This document shows positions 27,118-37,811 of a stretch of 64,000 nucleotides of DNA, piece after piece. Position numbers and translations under genes: made by a program. How positions within the stretch are numbered: position 1 is the stretch's first letter; each line of letters starts with the position of its first letter. The stretch is taken from the NCBI GenBank assembly GCA_964392865.1, contig CAYMRJ010000001.1, positions 71,263 through 135,262 on the forward strand, in the 5' to 3' direction. Below the pieces are notes generated by a model that saw only the letters and a program-made list of their open reading frames with translations, was not told the DNA's origin and did no database searches. Origin of the DNA: an uncultured Staphylococcaceae bacterium. Lineage in GTDB: Bacteria; Bacillota_I; Bacilli_A; RFN20; CAG-826.

Positions 27118-28743
27118 TTACATCTTCTTCGGGGCGCTTACGCCAAGTAGCCCGAGAGCGTCTTCGAGGACGACTCCGCAGGCCTTCATGAGGGCGAGGC
27201 GGCTACCGGAGAGGGTTAGATCTTCCCGGTTGATGATCCTCGTCGAGGCGTAATAGCCGTGGATCAAGGCAGCCAGGCGCTGGATGTAGGCGGCCGCCTT
27301 ATGGGGGGCGCGGCTTTTAGCCGCAGCCTCTATCATACTCGGATAGGTAGCCAAATGCTTGAGGATTGCTTTTTCCTCTTCGCTTTCGAGCCCCGGGGTT
27401 TCCGGCAATATTTCGATGTCCTTCCCGAGTTCCAAGAGAGAGCAGGTCCTGGCATAGGCATACTGGGCATAGTAGACGGGGTTGTCCTTGCTTTGGCTTT
27501 TGGCCAGGTCGTAATCGAAGTCGAGGTGGCTAGAGGCCGCCCTTTCGACGAAGAAGTAGCGGACGGCGTCGGTCCCGACTTCCTCGACCAACTCCCTATG
27601 GGCAATGGCCTTCCCGGTCCTCTTGCTCATCTTCACTTCCTCGCCGCCTTGGAAGGTTTTGACGATCTGGACGAGTTCGACTTCGAAGCAATGCTCGTCA
27701 TAGCCCTTCATCATCAGGGCGCTCTTCATGCGGTTGATGTAGCCGTGGTGGTCGGCCCCGAGGACATCGACCAGAAGGTCGAAGCCCCTTTCCATCTTGT
27801 CGTAGTGGTAGCAGATGTCGGGGAGGAAATAGGTATAGGAGCCATCGCTTTTGACGATCGGCCGATCCTTGTCGTCGAGGTAATCGCTCGTCTTGAGATA
27901 GGTGGCTCCGTCTAGCTGATAGGTATGCTCCTTCAATAGTCCGAGAACGTTTTCGATGGCGTTCCCTTTGCGGATATCGCTTTCGTAGGAGAAGACGTCG
28001 AACTTCACCCGGAAGTCGCTGAGGTCCTTCTTGATCTTGGCGAGTTCGCTATCGATGCCGTAGCGGATGAAGAAGGGCAAGGCCTCCTCTTCCGAGGCAT
28101 CGAGGTACTTGTCTCCGACTTCCTCTTTGACCTTCTCGGCGATATCGATGAGGTCGACGCCGTGGTAGTCGTCGTCACCCAAAACCAAGGGACGGCCGTA
28201 GAGTTCCTTGTAGCGGCCCCAGAGGCTAAGGCCCAGATGGCGGACCTGGTTTCCGCAGTCATTGACGTAATACTCGCGGGTCACGTCATAGCCGGCCTTC
28301 TCGTAGAGGTTGGCGATGGCGTCGCCCAAAGCGGCGCCCCTGGTATGTCCCAAATGGAGGTCGCCGGTCGGGTTGGCGCTCACGAATTCGAGGTTGACCT
28401 TGAAGTGCTTGTCTTCGCCTTTTCCGAAGTCATGGCCTTTGGTCAGAATCTCTTTGACGATGCTCGAAAGGTTCTCCGACTTCAGGAAGAAATTGATGAA
28501 GCCGGGGCCGGCGCATTCGGCTTTGCTGACGATCGGATCGTCGATGGCTTCGATTAGCGATTTCGCCAAATCGAAGGGCTTTTTGCCGAGTTTTTTGGCA
28601 TTCTTCATTGCGTAGTTGGTCGCGTAATCCCCGAATTTCGGATCGCGGGCATTCTCGATTTCGACCTCTTCGGGAGTCGCTTCGATCCCGAGTTTGCCTA
28701 GCCCGTTCAGGATGGCTTTTCTAAGCAGTTCGACATTGTCCAT
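27118..28743 (-). CDS. argS: Arginine--tRNA ligase
   Basis: HIGH-type motif PTGDLHLGH, KMSKR motif, DALR anticodon-binding C-terminus; 541 aa. Confidence 0.95.
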   Translation of the reverse strand: MDNVELLRKAILNGLGKLGIEATPEEVEIENARDPKFGDYATNYAMKNAKKLGKKPFDLAKSLIEAIDDPIVSKAECAGPGFINFFLKSENLSSIVKEILTKGHDFGKGEDKHFKVNLEFVSANPTGDLHLGHTRGAALGDAIANLYEKAGYDVTREYYVNDCGNQVRHLGLSLWGRYKELYGRPLVLGDDDYHGVDLIDIAEKVKEEVGDKYLDASEEEALPFFIRYGIDSELAKIKKDLSDFRVKFDVFSYESDIRKGNAIENVLGLLKEHTYQLDGATYLKTSDYLDDKDRPIVKSDGSYTYFLPDICYHYDKMERGFDLLVDVLGADHHGYINRMKSALMMKGYDEHCFEVELVQIVKTFQGGEEVKMSKRTGKAIAHRELVEEVGTDAVRYFFVERAASSHLDFDYDLAKSQSKDNPVYYAQYAYARTCSLLELGKDIEILPETPGLESEEEKAILKHLATYPSMIEAAAKSRAPHKAAAYIQRLAALIHGYYASTRIINREDLTLSGSRLALMKACGVVLEDALGLLGVSAPKKM

Positions 28744-29219
28744 TAGGCTACCTCCGCGAGAATGACGGCCACGGCCCTGATGGCCTTCCCTTCCCCGACG
28801 GCATCGAGGCCTTCGTTGGTCATGGCCTTGACCGAGACCTGTTCGATATCGATGCCGAGGATACCGGCGATCCTCTCTCTCATTTTGACGATATAGGGCG
28901 AAAGCTTCGGGGCTTCGCAGGCGATGCTGATATCGACGTTATGGATATTGGCGATGCCGGATATTTCGAGGCTCTTTTTGAGGATGATGGACGAATCCAT
29001 CCCGAGCGTTTCATCCGAAGTATCGGGAAAATGCTTTCCGATATCGCCTTTGGCGGTGGCCCCGAGCAAGGCATCGCTAAGGGCGTGGAGGACGACGTCG
29101 GCGTCGCTATGGCCGAGGAGTCCCTTCTCATAGGGAATCTCGACTCCGCCCAAAAAGAGCTTCCGCCCCTCGGCGAACTTATGGATGTCTTCCCCGTAGC
29201 CGATGACCAGTCTATTCAT
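28743..29219 (-). CDS. ispF: 2-C-methyl-D-erythritol 2,4-cyclodiphosphate synthase
   Basis: 158 aa with HSDADV and metal-binding D/H residues. Confidence 0.9.
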   Translation of the reverse strand: MNRLVIGYGEDIHKFAEGRKLFLGGVEIPYEKGLLGHSDADVVLHALSDALLGATAKGDIGKHFPDTSDETLGMDSSIILKKSLEISGIANIHNVDISIACEAPKLSPYIVKMRERIAGILGIDIEQVSVKAMTNEGLDAVGEGKAIRAVAVILAEVA

Positions 29220-30322
29220 GCTTTGAAACGGAAGAACACGATATCCCCGTCCTTCATCAGGTAATCCTTGCCTTCGATCCTAAGGCGCCCCTTCTCCTTG
29301 ATCTTCTCTTCGGAGAGCAGTTCCTTGATGTCATCGATCGAGAAGACCTCGGCCTTGATGAAGCCCTTTTGGAAATCGCTATGGATGATGCCGGCGCATT
29401 CGGGGGCCTTCATCCCTTTTTTGAAGGTCCAGGCCCGGCATTCGTCCTTCCCGGCCGTGAAGAAGGTCTCGAGGCCCAAAAGGTCGTAGGCGCTTCTCGT
29501 GAGCCTCTCGAGGCCGGAACGCTCAAGCCCAAGGGTCGCAAGGAATTCCTTCCTCTCCTCTTCCCCGAGTTCGCTGATTTCCCGTTCAATTTCGCAAGAA
29601 ACCGGAAGGCATTCGGCTCCCTGTTCCTGGGCGATTTGGAGAACCGTCTGATAGTGCTTGCAGTTATCGAGGTCGGCGTAATCTCCGTCTGCGATATTGG
29701 CAACATAGAGGATGGGCTTGAGGCTAAGCAGGAAGAAGTTCTTCTTGGCGTATTCCCTTTGCTCTTCGCTTAGGGGGCATAGCCTTGCCGGCTTCCCTTC
29801 CCCGAGGGTCTTCTCCAAGGCTTCGAGGATCGGCATCTCATACATTGCCACTTTGTCCTTGGTGATCCTCGCCTTGCTTTCCTGCTTCCCGATGCGGTTC
29901 TTGACCGATTCGTAGTCGGCGAGGGAAAGCTCGAGGTCGATGGTTTCTATGTCTCTTCTCGGATCCACTCCGCCTTCGACGTGGACGATGTCGGCAGACT
30001 CGAAGCAGCGCACGACTTCGACGATGGCGTCGCATTCCCTGATGGCGGCCAAAAACCTATTGCCGAGGCCTTCCCCATGGGAGGCGCCTTTGACAAGGCC
30101 CGCAATATCGTAGAACTCGAAGGTAGCGGGTACCTTCTTAAGAGGCTGGTAAAGGTCGGTCAAAAAATCGAGGCGTTCGTCCGGCACTTTGACGATGCCG
30201 GTATTGGGATCGATGGTCGCAAAGGGATAATTGGCGGCCTCGACGTGCGAATTGGTGATGGCATTGAAGAGGGTCGACTTCCCGACGTTCGGAAGCCCGA
30301 CGATGCCGGCTTTTAAAGACAT
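29216..30322 (-). CDS. ychF: Ribosome-binding ATPase YchF
   Basis: G1 [12 protein letters not shown] domain C-terminus; 368 aa. Confidence 0.9.
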   Translation of the reverse strand: MSLKAGIVGLPNVGKSTLFNAITNSHVEAANYPFATIDPNTGIVKVPDERLDFLTDLYQPLKKVPATFEFYDIAGLVKGASHGEGLGNRFLAAIRECDAIVEVVRCFESADIVHVEGGVDPRRDIETIDLELSLADYESVKNRIGKQESKARITKDKVAMYEMPILEALEKTLGEGKPARLCPLSEEQREYAKKNFFLLSLKPILYVANIADGDYADLDNCKHYQTVLQIAQEQGAECLPVSCEIEREISELGEEERKEFLATLGLERSGLERLTRSAYDLLGLETFFTAGKDECRAWTFKKGMKAPECAGIIHSDFQKGFIKAEVFSIDDIKELLSEEKIKEKGRLRIEGKDYLMKDGDIVFFRFKA

Positions 30323-30339
30323 GCACCGGGATTATACGT

Positions 30340-30372
30340 TTGGGGCAACAAACAAAAAAGCCCCCTAAGGGG
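30340..30372 (-). terminator. Intrinsic terminator after cold-shock gene
   Basis: Minus strand: AAGCCCCTTAGGGGGCTT followed by TTTTTTG. Confidence 0.6.
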
Positions 30373-30388
30373 CTTGGATAGACTATGG

Positions 30389-30589
30389 CTAGCCGATTTT
30401 GGTGATGTTCTCGGCTCTGGGACCCCTGGGGGTATCGTTCACGGTGAATTCGACGGCTTCGCCCGGCTCGGCGGTCTTGAACGAATCCATGTTGAGGGCC
30501 GAATAATGGAAGAAGACATCCTGGCCTTCCTCCGTCCGGATGAAGCCCCAGCCTTTTTCCCGGTTGAACATCTTGACTGTTCCCTTCAT
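30389..30589 (-). CDS. Cold-shock protein (CspA family)
   Basis: 66 aa; RNP1 KGWGFI and RNP2 VFFHY motifs. Confidence 0.9.
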   Translation of the reverse strand: MKGTVKMFNREKGWGFIRTEEGQDVFFHYSALNMDSFKTAEPGEAVEFTVNDTPRGPRAENITKIG

Positions 30590-30672
30590 TGGCTATTCCT
30601 TCCTGACTTTCCTTAGAAGGAAAGACCGCACAAGGATAGCATAGGCGCTAGGGCCTTGCATCGGTAAATTTG

Positions 30673-31050
30673 CTAAAGCAAAGGGGACGAGAGGAAGAGG
30701 TCGGCCCCGGCCCTCGTCGTAGCGATGGGAATGTCATATACCGCGGCGATTCTTAGGAGCGCCTTGACGTCCGGGTCATGGGGCTGGGCACTGAGGGGAT
30801 CCCAAAGGAAGATGACGGCGTCGATCTTCCCTTCGGCTATCTTGCTGCCGATCTGCTGGTCCCCGCCCAAGGGGCCGGAAAGAAGGCCTTCGACATGTAG
30901 CCCCGTCTTTTCTGCCACTAGGGCGGCTGTATGGCCGGTCCCGATGAGATCGAATTGGGAAAGCCTATCCTTGTTCTTGATAGCCCATTCGACCATCGTT
31001 TCCTTTTCGTGGTCATGGGCGATGAGGGCGAGGGTCTTCTTCTTTTCCAT
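30673..31050 (-). CDS. mgsA: Methylglyoxal synthase
   Basis: 125 aa; ALIAHD...LIGTGHTAAL...GGDQQ motifs. Confidence 0.9.
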   Translation of the reverse strand: MEKKKTLALIAHDHEKETMVEWAIKNKDRLSQFDLIGTGHTAALVAEKTGLHVEGLLSGPLGGDQQIGSKIAEGKIDAVIFLWDPLSAQPHDPDVKALLRIAAVYDIPIATTRAGADLFLSSPLL

Positions 31051-31054
31051 GAAG

Positions 31055-33835
31055 TCATTTTACGGGCTTCTTCCTTCTCCTTAGAAGGATGGAAAAGACT
31101 TCGTAGAGAATGGTGGCGGCCAGTCCTATCACCATGAACGGAACGACGCTTAGGAGAATCGAAGGGTCATACGTAAATGAAAGGCCTGTCTGGAATGAAT
31201 CGGCGATGATGTAGGAAACGAAGAACTCGATGAAGACCGACATGAAGGCGCTGATGGCGAAGGCCGAAAGAAGGACCAAGAGATTCACGAAGAAAGAGGA
31301 GGCCATGATGTCTTCCTTCCCGATCCCCAGCTCTTCCAGCAAACGCTTCTCCCTCTTCCCTTCTTGTGCGAAGAGGAAACAAGTGGAGAGCAAGAGCAAT
31401 ATCGCGAAGAAGTAGGCGACATAGGAAAGAAGGCCCAGGAAGTTCGAGAAGATGCTCGTGAGCGAGGAGATGCTTTCCTCCATCGCGATGTAGGGGCGGC
31501 TGAGCGTGTAGTTTGGAAATAGGCTAAGCAAAGAGGCGAAGGCCGCCTCTTCCTTCCCTTCCTCCAGATAGCAGATGAGCTTCGTGGGTCTTAGGTAAAA
31601 CGTCGACATCCCGATGACGTATGAGAAGAAATCCTCCGCATAACGGCCGTCATGTCCCAAGGAATCGAATTGGCTATCGAAGATTCCGCTCACCTTGAGG
31701 TTGGCCTTTCTGATATCGCGGATGCAGTAGCCGCTGACGATCTCTTCCCCGATCGTCGCCCCGATATTGATGTAGCTTGGGTAGCCGAGTTTCTCTGCAA
31801 GGCTCGTGCTTATGCCGATCTCGTCCAAAGAGGCCGGAGGGACTCCGCTTACGTATTCGCTCACCGTGGCCGGATATAAAGTCAAGGATGCCGAAGCCGG
31901 CAGCATGTAGGAACCCTTGATGACCCCATCGGGCAATTCGGCTTCGTAGTCCTTCTCGGCTTCCTTGACATAGCTGACCGCATCGATGACTTCGTCTATT
32001 TCCTCATCGGTCCTTGCGACATAGAAGGGATATAGGAAGCCCGTCATGTAGGCGCTTGGGAAGGTGACGTAGCTCCCGTCCGTGCAGGTCAAAACGGAAC
32101 TGACCCCGTCGACTTCCATCGCCGCTTCGATCTGTTCTTCTTCCATCTTCCTTTCGTCGGCCAGATAGACGTAGTAGCGGTTCAGATCGCATCTCTTTCC
32201 GACCTCGCAGTGGGTCTTCTCGTAGTCCGAACTGACGACATCGAAGACGTAGCCGGAGAACCTTCCCCGTCTAATCTCCGTCAGGAAATCCGTCTCGTTG
32301 GCCGGGACGACGTAGGGGATCTTCTGGATGAGCCAAGGCAAGGAACCGTCCGGCTCATCGGTGCTAGGAAGCCTCATCTTGAATTCGAAAAGGTAGGTCG
32401 ACCATTCGTTCGAGTAGTGGTAGATGGTCGGAACGTCGCTTCTGGTTACGGCGACGATATCCAAGACCTGTTCGTCTTCGTAGGCCCAGGAGTAATTGCC
32501 CATCCGAAATATAAGTTGGAGCCCGTTTTCCTCGATGTACTCCCCCAAGGTCTCGTAGCTTCTGAGAATCTGGAGCCCGTAGCAGACATTGGCCATCGAG
32601 GCATAAGGAAGGCCCAAGATGATCTGGTCGTCTTCCAAGAAAGACGGGAGTTCCGGCACCGCCCCGTAGATCGAATCGGGATAGAGGTAATCGTTCGCGG
32701 TCCTTAAAGAGAGGCCCGGAACCACGATCTTCGAACTCTTATGTGGGATGAAGGCTTCGTGGTAGTCGGGAAAGAAATTCTCGAAATCGGCGACATAGGT
32801 GATCCCGTAATCGGCGAAGACATCGGGATATTCCGATACCAAAGTCGTTACGTCATCCAAAGGTGCCGAGATGATGCGGGTGAAGGTCGGCTCATCAGGA
32901 TTGCTCTTTTCGATGACGACGCTCGGGTAGCCGACGATCGAAGTGAAGGCTTTGCTTACTTCTCCGGACAAACCATCGCTTAGGTAAGTCGAAAAAAGCA
33001 TCGTCACCATGGCGATGGTCAAAGCCGATATGGCGACGGCCGTCCTCTTGCTCTTCTCCTTCAAGGTCCTAGCGGCGTGCCCGAGCCAAAAGCCATAGGG
33101 AACATGAGGCTTTTCCTTGAAGTATTTCTTCCTTATGGGCCGCGGGGTTTCTCCACTTTTCCCTTCCCCTTTGACGGGCTTGCCGAGGCGCCCGTCCTTC
33201 AGCTCGTATATCCAATCGGCGTATTTCCTAAGCAATCCCTTGTCGTGGCTTACGACCACGACCAAGGCTTTGGCCGCATAGCTTTTGAGGACTTCGAAGA
33301 CCTTGGCGGCGCTTGCCTCGTCAAGAGCGCTGCTCGGCTCATCGCAAAGCAAAAGGGGAGGATCGTTGGCAAGGCTTCTTCCGAGAGCAACCCTCGCCTT
33401 TTCCCCGCCCGAAAGGCGATTGACGGCCGTCCTCTCTTTCTTCTCCAAACCGCCAAGAGCCAATAGGTCTTTGCCCTTCTTCCTACGGATGGCCCCCTTC
33501 TCCTTCTGAGCGGCGACATAGGGGAGAAGGCAATTGTCCCTGGCCGATTCAAGATCCAGCAAAGCGTGGTTCTGCCTAAAGAAGCCGACTTCCCTAAGGC
33601 GATGGGAAGATAGGGCCTCTTCCTTCATGGTGCGGTAATCGGCCCCGAAGACCTTCAGTTCCCCTTTGAAGTCGGTATCGAGTCCCCCGAGGATATTGAG
33701 AAGCGTCGATTTCCCCGATCCCGAAACGCCTTCGATCCCGATGAAGCCCCTATCGGGGAATTCAAAGGAAAGGTCAATCAAAACGTCCTGTGTCCCGAAG
33801 GATTTATAGAGGTGCTTGGCGAGGATTCCGCTCAT
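31055..33835 (-). CDS. MacB-like fused ABC transporter (ATPase + about 480-aa extracytoplasmic domain + FtsX permease), 926 aa
   Basis: Walker A GVSGSGKST, LSGGEKARVALGRSL, Walker B LLLCDEPSSALD; TM1 then large extracytoplasmic region then 3 C-terminal TMs. Confidence 0.8.
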   Translation of the reverse strand: MSGILAKHLYKSFGTQDVLIDLSFEFPDRGFIGIEGVSGSGKSTLLNILGGLDTDFKGELKVFGADYRTMKEEALSSHRLREVGFFRQNHALLDLESARDNCLLPYVAAQKEKGAIRRKKGKDLLALGGLEKKERTAVNRLSGGEKARVALGRSLANDPPLLLCDEPSSALDEASAAKVFEVLKSYAAKALVVVVSHDKGLLRKYADWIYELKDGRLGKPVKGEGKSGETPRPIRKKYFKEKPHVPYGFWLGHAARTLKEKSKRTAVAISALTIAMVTMLFSTYLSDGLSGEVSKAFTSIVGYPSVVIEKSNPDEPTFTRIISAPLDDVTTLVSEYPDVFADYGITYVADFENFFPDYHEAFIPHKSSKIVVPGLSLRTANDYLYPDSIYGAVPELPSFLEDDQIILGLPYASMANVCYGLQILRSYETLGEYIEENGLQLIFRMGNYSWAYEDEQVLDIVAVTRSDVPTIYHYSNEWSTYLFEFKMRLPSTDEPDGSLPWLIQKIPYVVPANETDFLTEIRRGRFSGYVFDVVSSDYEKTHCEVGKRCDLNRYYVYLADERKMEEEQIEAAMEVDGVSSVLTCTDGSYVTFPSAYMTGFLYPFYVARTDEEIDEVIDAVSYVKEAEKDYEAELPDGVIKGSYMLPASASLTLYPATVSEYVSGVPPASLDEIGISTSLAEKLGYPSYINIGATIGEEIVSGYCIRDIRKANLKVSGIFDSQFDSLGHDGRYAEDFFSYVIGMSTFYLRPTKLICYLEEGKEEAAFASLLSLFPNYTLSRPYIAMEESISSLTSIFSNFLGLLSYVAYFFAILLLLSTCFLFAQEGKREKRLLEELGIGKEDIMASSFFVNLLVLLSAFAISAFMSVFIEFFVSYIIADSFQTGLSFTYDPSILLSVVPFMVIGLAATILYEVFSILLRRRKKPVK

Positions 33836-35880
33836 TCGTCCCTAAGTTCCTCGTAGATCTTCCCTTTAATGAGGGCCCTGGCTCCGAAAATGACGGCAAA
33901 GAAGGAAACCAAGAGCGCCACTAAAAGCGCGAGAATCGGTAGCAAATACGGTATCCCGAGGAAGTTCTCGAAAGGCACCTGCATGAGGTTTTCCAAACCG
34001 AAGAGGCTAAGGAACATGGCGTTCAGCTTCTCCTGCAGGAAATAGACGCCCGCCATCGCCGAGACCGTCCCCAAAAGCACCGGGGCGCACCCCTCGTAGA
34101 GATAAGGCGAGACGATGGCTTCGTAATCCTCGCCAATAGAGGAAAGGATGGCCCCTTCCTTCTTCCGTTTGAGATACCGGGAATAGGCCAAAGCGAACGT
34201 CAGGAAAAGGCTGGCCAAGAACCCAACCCCGACGAAGAAAGGAAGCAAGGCCAGTAAGGCTCCGAAGATATCCGAATACGAAGTCACGGCGGTCAACGAA
34301 AACGAATCGCTGAAGAAAGCATCTTCTTCATCTATTTCTAGGATCCTTTCCCAAAAGGCGGGAAGGCTCGCTTTCTTATGGCAGAAGACGAGATACCGGT
34401 AAGAGGAATAGGCGCTTTCCCCATCGGCCTCCGCCACCAGATCCCCGATGGTCTCTCCCCCGAAGACATCGGGCAGCTCATAGGAATGCATGAGTTCGCG
34501 GAGTCCGCTATAGGAATAGAAAAGCTTCGGGGTCGTGAGATAGGAGAACTCTTTGATCTTCCCCGCGATCTCGAATTCGAATTCCATCTCGAAGTCATGG
34601 GTGGCTTCTCCTTCAGCCAAGCCAACCGATGAGGAAAAGGTGACGGTGGACCCAATATCGAGGGGAATGTCATCGAAGAAGGCTTCGTTTCCGAAGCACT
34701 TCGTGAAGTCGTTTCCCTTAGGCAAACTGCCTTCCAAAAGGAAATCGGTTCCGATATCGCTGAGCGATAAATCGAAAAGGGGGATCAGGCTTACCGGCCC
34801 GTAGGCTTCTTCGTCGGATGTGATGGTCGCCGCCGTCGGGAAGAAATAGGAATAATCGTCGGCGACCGATACGTTTTCGATATCGGAAAAGACGGCGTCG
34901 GCCAAATCCTTCTCGGGCCGGTAGGACCGCCTGAGATTGAGGGGCGAGCCCTCGATGACGATCGTTTCGCTCCCGCCGAAGGTGGCCTGGGCGCACTCGG
35001 CGTACTCGTATTTCTTGGCCTCGATCGATGCCTCGGCCCCCATCGCCGCCCCCAGGCCGATGAAGGCGACGGCGAATGATACGAAGGCCACTCCATAGGA
35101 GGCGAGATTGCTCCATGCGTCTTCCCTGAGATTCCTTTTGAGGATCGGCTGATCGATCGCCTTTTGGCGTAGGCTTCTTCTCTTCGGTTTCCTGAGTTTC
35201 TTCCTTTCGCCTTCGGCCAACGCCATAAGGTGCCCGTTTTCCAAGCGGAAAATCCTATCGGCGTACTCAGAAGCGAGTTCTTCGTTATGGGTAACCAGAA
35301 GGACCAGGCGCTTCCGGCTTTCCTCTTTGAGGACGTCCATCACGACCTTGGCCGAAGCGCTATCGAGGGCCCCGGTCGGCTCGTCGGCCAAGATAAGGGA
35401 GGGCTCGTTCATCAAGGCTCTCGCGAGAGCCGCCCTTTGCTTCTCGCCGCCGGATAAAGTAGCGGCCGATTGCTTCTGCTTCCCCTCGAGCCCGAGCTTT
35501 TTAAGAAGCTCATTGGCCCTTTGCTCGGCCTCGTTCCTCCTTTTCCCGGCTACCAAGGCCGGAAGGCAGACGTTATAGGAGACATCGAAATCCTCTAAGA
35601 GGTTGTAGTGCTGGAAAAGGAATCCTATTTCCTTGTTTCTTAAAGCGGCGGCCTGCTTGCCCGTCAGTCTCCGATAATCGATACCGCCTATTTCGATCGT
35701 TCCATCGCTCGGCTTCTCGATGCCGGCGATTAGCGAAAGAAGGGTCGATTTCCCGGCCCCGGAGCGCCCCATGATGGCGAAAAGCCCCCTGTCCGGGAGG
35801 GAGAGGCTGATCCCGCGCAAAACCTCGATCCTCCCTTCCGGACCCTTGAACGACTTTTTTAGTCCTTTACCTTCGAGCAC
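33832..35880 (-). CDS. MacB-like fused ABC transporter (ATPase + FtsX permease), 682 aa
   Basis: Walker A GRSGAGKST, LSGGEKQRAALARAL, Walker B ILADEPTGALD; MacB topology; overlaps downstream paralog by 4 nt. Confidence 0.8.
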   Translation of the reverse strand: MLEGKGLKKSFKGPEGRIEVLRGISLSLPDRGLFAIMGRSGAGKSTLLSLIAGIEKPSDGTIEIGGIDYRRLTGKQAAALRNKEIGFLFQHYNLLEDFDVSYNVCLPALVAGKRRNEAEQRANELLKKLGLEGKQKQSAATLSGGEKQRAALARALMNEPSLILADEPTGALDSASAKVVMDVLKEESRKRLVLLVTHNEELASEYADRIFRLENGHLMALAEGERKKLRKPKRRSLRQKAIDQPILKRNLREDAWSNLASYGVAFVSFAVAFIGLGAAMGAEASIEAKKYEYAECAQATFGGSETIVIEGSPLNLRRSYRPEKDLADAVFSDIENVSVADDYSYFFPTAATITSDEEAYGPVSLIPLFDLSLSDIGTDFLLEGSLPKGNDFTKCFGNEAFFDDIPLDIGSTVTFSSSVGLAEGEATHDFEMEFEFEIAGKIKEFSYLTTPKLFYSYSGLRELMHSYELPDVFGGETIGDLVAEADGESAYSSYRYLVFCHKKASLPAFWERILEIDEEDAFFSDSFSLTAVTSYSDIFGALLALLPFFVGVGFLASLFLTFALAYSRYLKRKKEGAILSSIGEDYEAIVSPYLYEGCAPVLLGTVSAMAGVYFLQEKLNAMFLSLFGLENLMQVPFENFLGIPYLLPILALLVALLVSFFAVIFGARALIKGKIYEELRDE

Positions 35881-35919
35881 CTAGACCAGCCTCCCTACTC
35901 TTATGTAGGGCGTTTTTGG

Positions 35920-36144
35920 CTAGTTGGTCCCTAATTCGATCAAATTTTCGTGATGGGAGACGATTTTCTTAAACTTCTGATTGAAGGCGTCCCTGGTCAT
36001 CATCATGACCCGCCCGCAGCCAAGGCACCTGATCTTTATGTCGGCGCCGACCCGGACGATTTGGAAAAGCTTGGTCCTTTTGTCGCAGGGATGCTCCTTC
36101 CGCATCTCCACGACGTCATAAAGGCGGATTTCCGGCATTACCAA
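35920..36144 (-). CDS. DUF951 family small protein (YyzM-like)
   Basis: 74 aa with D..EMRK.H.C......W.I.R.GADIKI.C..C...MMM.R motif. Confidence 0.55.
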   Translation of the reverse strand: MVMPEIRLYDVVEMRKEHPCDKRTKLFQIVRVGADIKIRCLGCGRVMMMTRDAFNQKFKKIVSHHENLIELGTN

Positions 36145-37739
36145 GGAACGTCCTCCATCTTGATGGCCGCCGGGACCTTGGGAAGGCCCGGCATCTTCAT
36201 GATGGCGCCCGTCAGAGGGACGACGAATCTGGCTCCGGCCGAAAGGGTTACTTCCCTGACGTTGATGGTGAAACCCTTGGGCACGCCCAAGAGCTTCGCA
36301 TTGTCACTTAGTGACTGCGGCGTCTTGGCCATGCAGACATAGGCGTCTTCGAAGCCGAGTTTTCCGTATTCTTCCAATTGCTTCTCGGCCAGGTCGCTAT
36401 AGGTGACCCCATCGGCCCGATAGATTTCCTTGGCGATGGTCTCGATCTTCTTCTTGAGGCTCCAAGTCGATTGGACAAGGGGATGGTAGTCGGCCTTATC
36501 CTCCTTAAGGATATCGAGGCATTTCCTAGCGAGGTCGGTCATCCCTTCCCCGCCTTTTAGGAAGCCTTCGCTATGGCTAAAAGCAAAACCGTTTTTCTTG
36601 CACCAGTCTTCGATGAATTTCAGTTCGGCCGGGGTATCGCTTGGGAACCTGTTGATGGCGACGATCACCGGAAGTCCGTACTTCATGACGTTTTCCAAAT
36701 GGACCCTGAGGTTCTCGATGCCGTGAGCCAAGGCTTCTACGTTTTCCTTTTCGAGTTCGGCGAAAGGAACGCCTCCATGGGATTTGAGGGCGCGGCAGCT
36801 GGCCACGACCACGGCCATCGAAGGCTTGAGTCCGCCGTAGGGGCAAAGGATATCGAGGAACTTCTCGGCTCCGAGGTCGGCGCCGAAGCCGGCTTCGGTG
36901 ATGACGATGGGAGCAAGCTTCATCGCCGCCTTCAGAGCGATAAGGGAATTGCAGCCGTGGGCGATGTTGGCGAAGGGGCCGCCGTGGATGAGGGCCGGAT
37001 TCCCTTCCCCGGTCTGGACGAGGTTGGGCTTCAGGGCCTCTTTCATCAGCTTCATGACGGCGTGCGTGCACCTAAGGTCCTTCACTTTGATCGGATGCCC
37101 GTCATAGGCATAGGCGACGATGATCTCTCCGAGGAGCCTTTGGAAATCCTCGGCATCCTTGGCCAGGCACATGATGGCCATCATTTCCGAGGCCACCGTG
37201 ATGACGAAGCCGTCTTTCCTGGGGGTCCCATTCTTCTCGCCCAATGCGATTTCGATTTCCCTAAGGGCCCGGTCGTTCATATCCATGGCCCGCTTCCAGA
37301 TGACACGCTCCGGATCGATGCCGAGTTCGTTCCCTTGGAATATGTGGTTATCGATGATGGCGGAAATCAGGTTCACGGAACTGGTGAGGGCATGCATGTC
37401 GCCGGTGAAATGGAGATTGATGTCTTCGCTCGGCTCGACGGTGGCCTTGCCGCCGCCGGTGGCCCCGCCCTTGATGCCGAACACCGGACCGAGGGCCGGC
37501 TCCCTTAGGGCCAGCATGGCCTTCTGGCCGATCTTCCCGAAGCCTTCGGCGAGGCCGATCGAAGTCGTCGTCTTGCCTTCCCCGGCCTTGGTCGGGGTGA
37601 TGGCAGTCACGAGAATGATCTTCCCCTCTTCTTTTCCATCGATATAGGAAACATCGACCTTGGCTTTGTATTTCCCGTAAGGTTCCAAAGCCTCGGCCGG
37701 TATCCCGGCCTTCTTGGCGATTTCTTCGATCCGTTCCAT
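36138..37739 (-). CDS. fhs: Formate--tetrahydrofolate ligase
   Basis: P-loop PTKAGEGKTTTSIGL near N-terminus; about 533 aa. Confidence 0.9.
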   Translation of the reverse strand: MERIEEIAKKAGIPAEALEPYGKYKAKVDVSYIDGKEEGKIILVTAITPTKAGEGKTTTSIGLAEGFGKIGQKAMLALREPALGPVFGIKGGATGGGKATVEPSEDINLHFTGDMHALTSSVNLISAIIDNHIFQGNELGIDPERVIWKRAMDMNDRALREIEIALGEKNGTPRKDGFVITVASEMMAIMCLAKDAEDFQRLLGEIIVAYAYDGHPIKVKDLRCTHAVMKLMKEALKPNLVQTGEGNPALIHGGPFANIAHGCNSLIALKAAMKLAPIVITEAGFGADLGAEKFLDILCPYGGLKPSMAVVVASCRALKSHGGVPFAELEKENVEALAHGIENLRVHLENVMKYGLPVIVAINRFPSDTPAELKFIEDWCKKNGFAFSHSEGFLKGGEGMTDLARKCLDILKEDKADYHPLVQSTWSLKKKIETIAKEIYRADGVTYSDLAEKQLEEYGKLGFEDAYVCMAKTPQSLSDNAKLLGVPKGFTINVREVTLSAGARFVVPLTGAIMKMPGLPKVPAAIKMEDVPW

Positions 37740-37811
37740 GAGATTGCCTCCCGAAAATATCTGCTTCTGAAATTATGCCTTAGGCAGCCCCCTAAATCGG
37801 CAAGAGATTGC

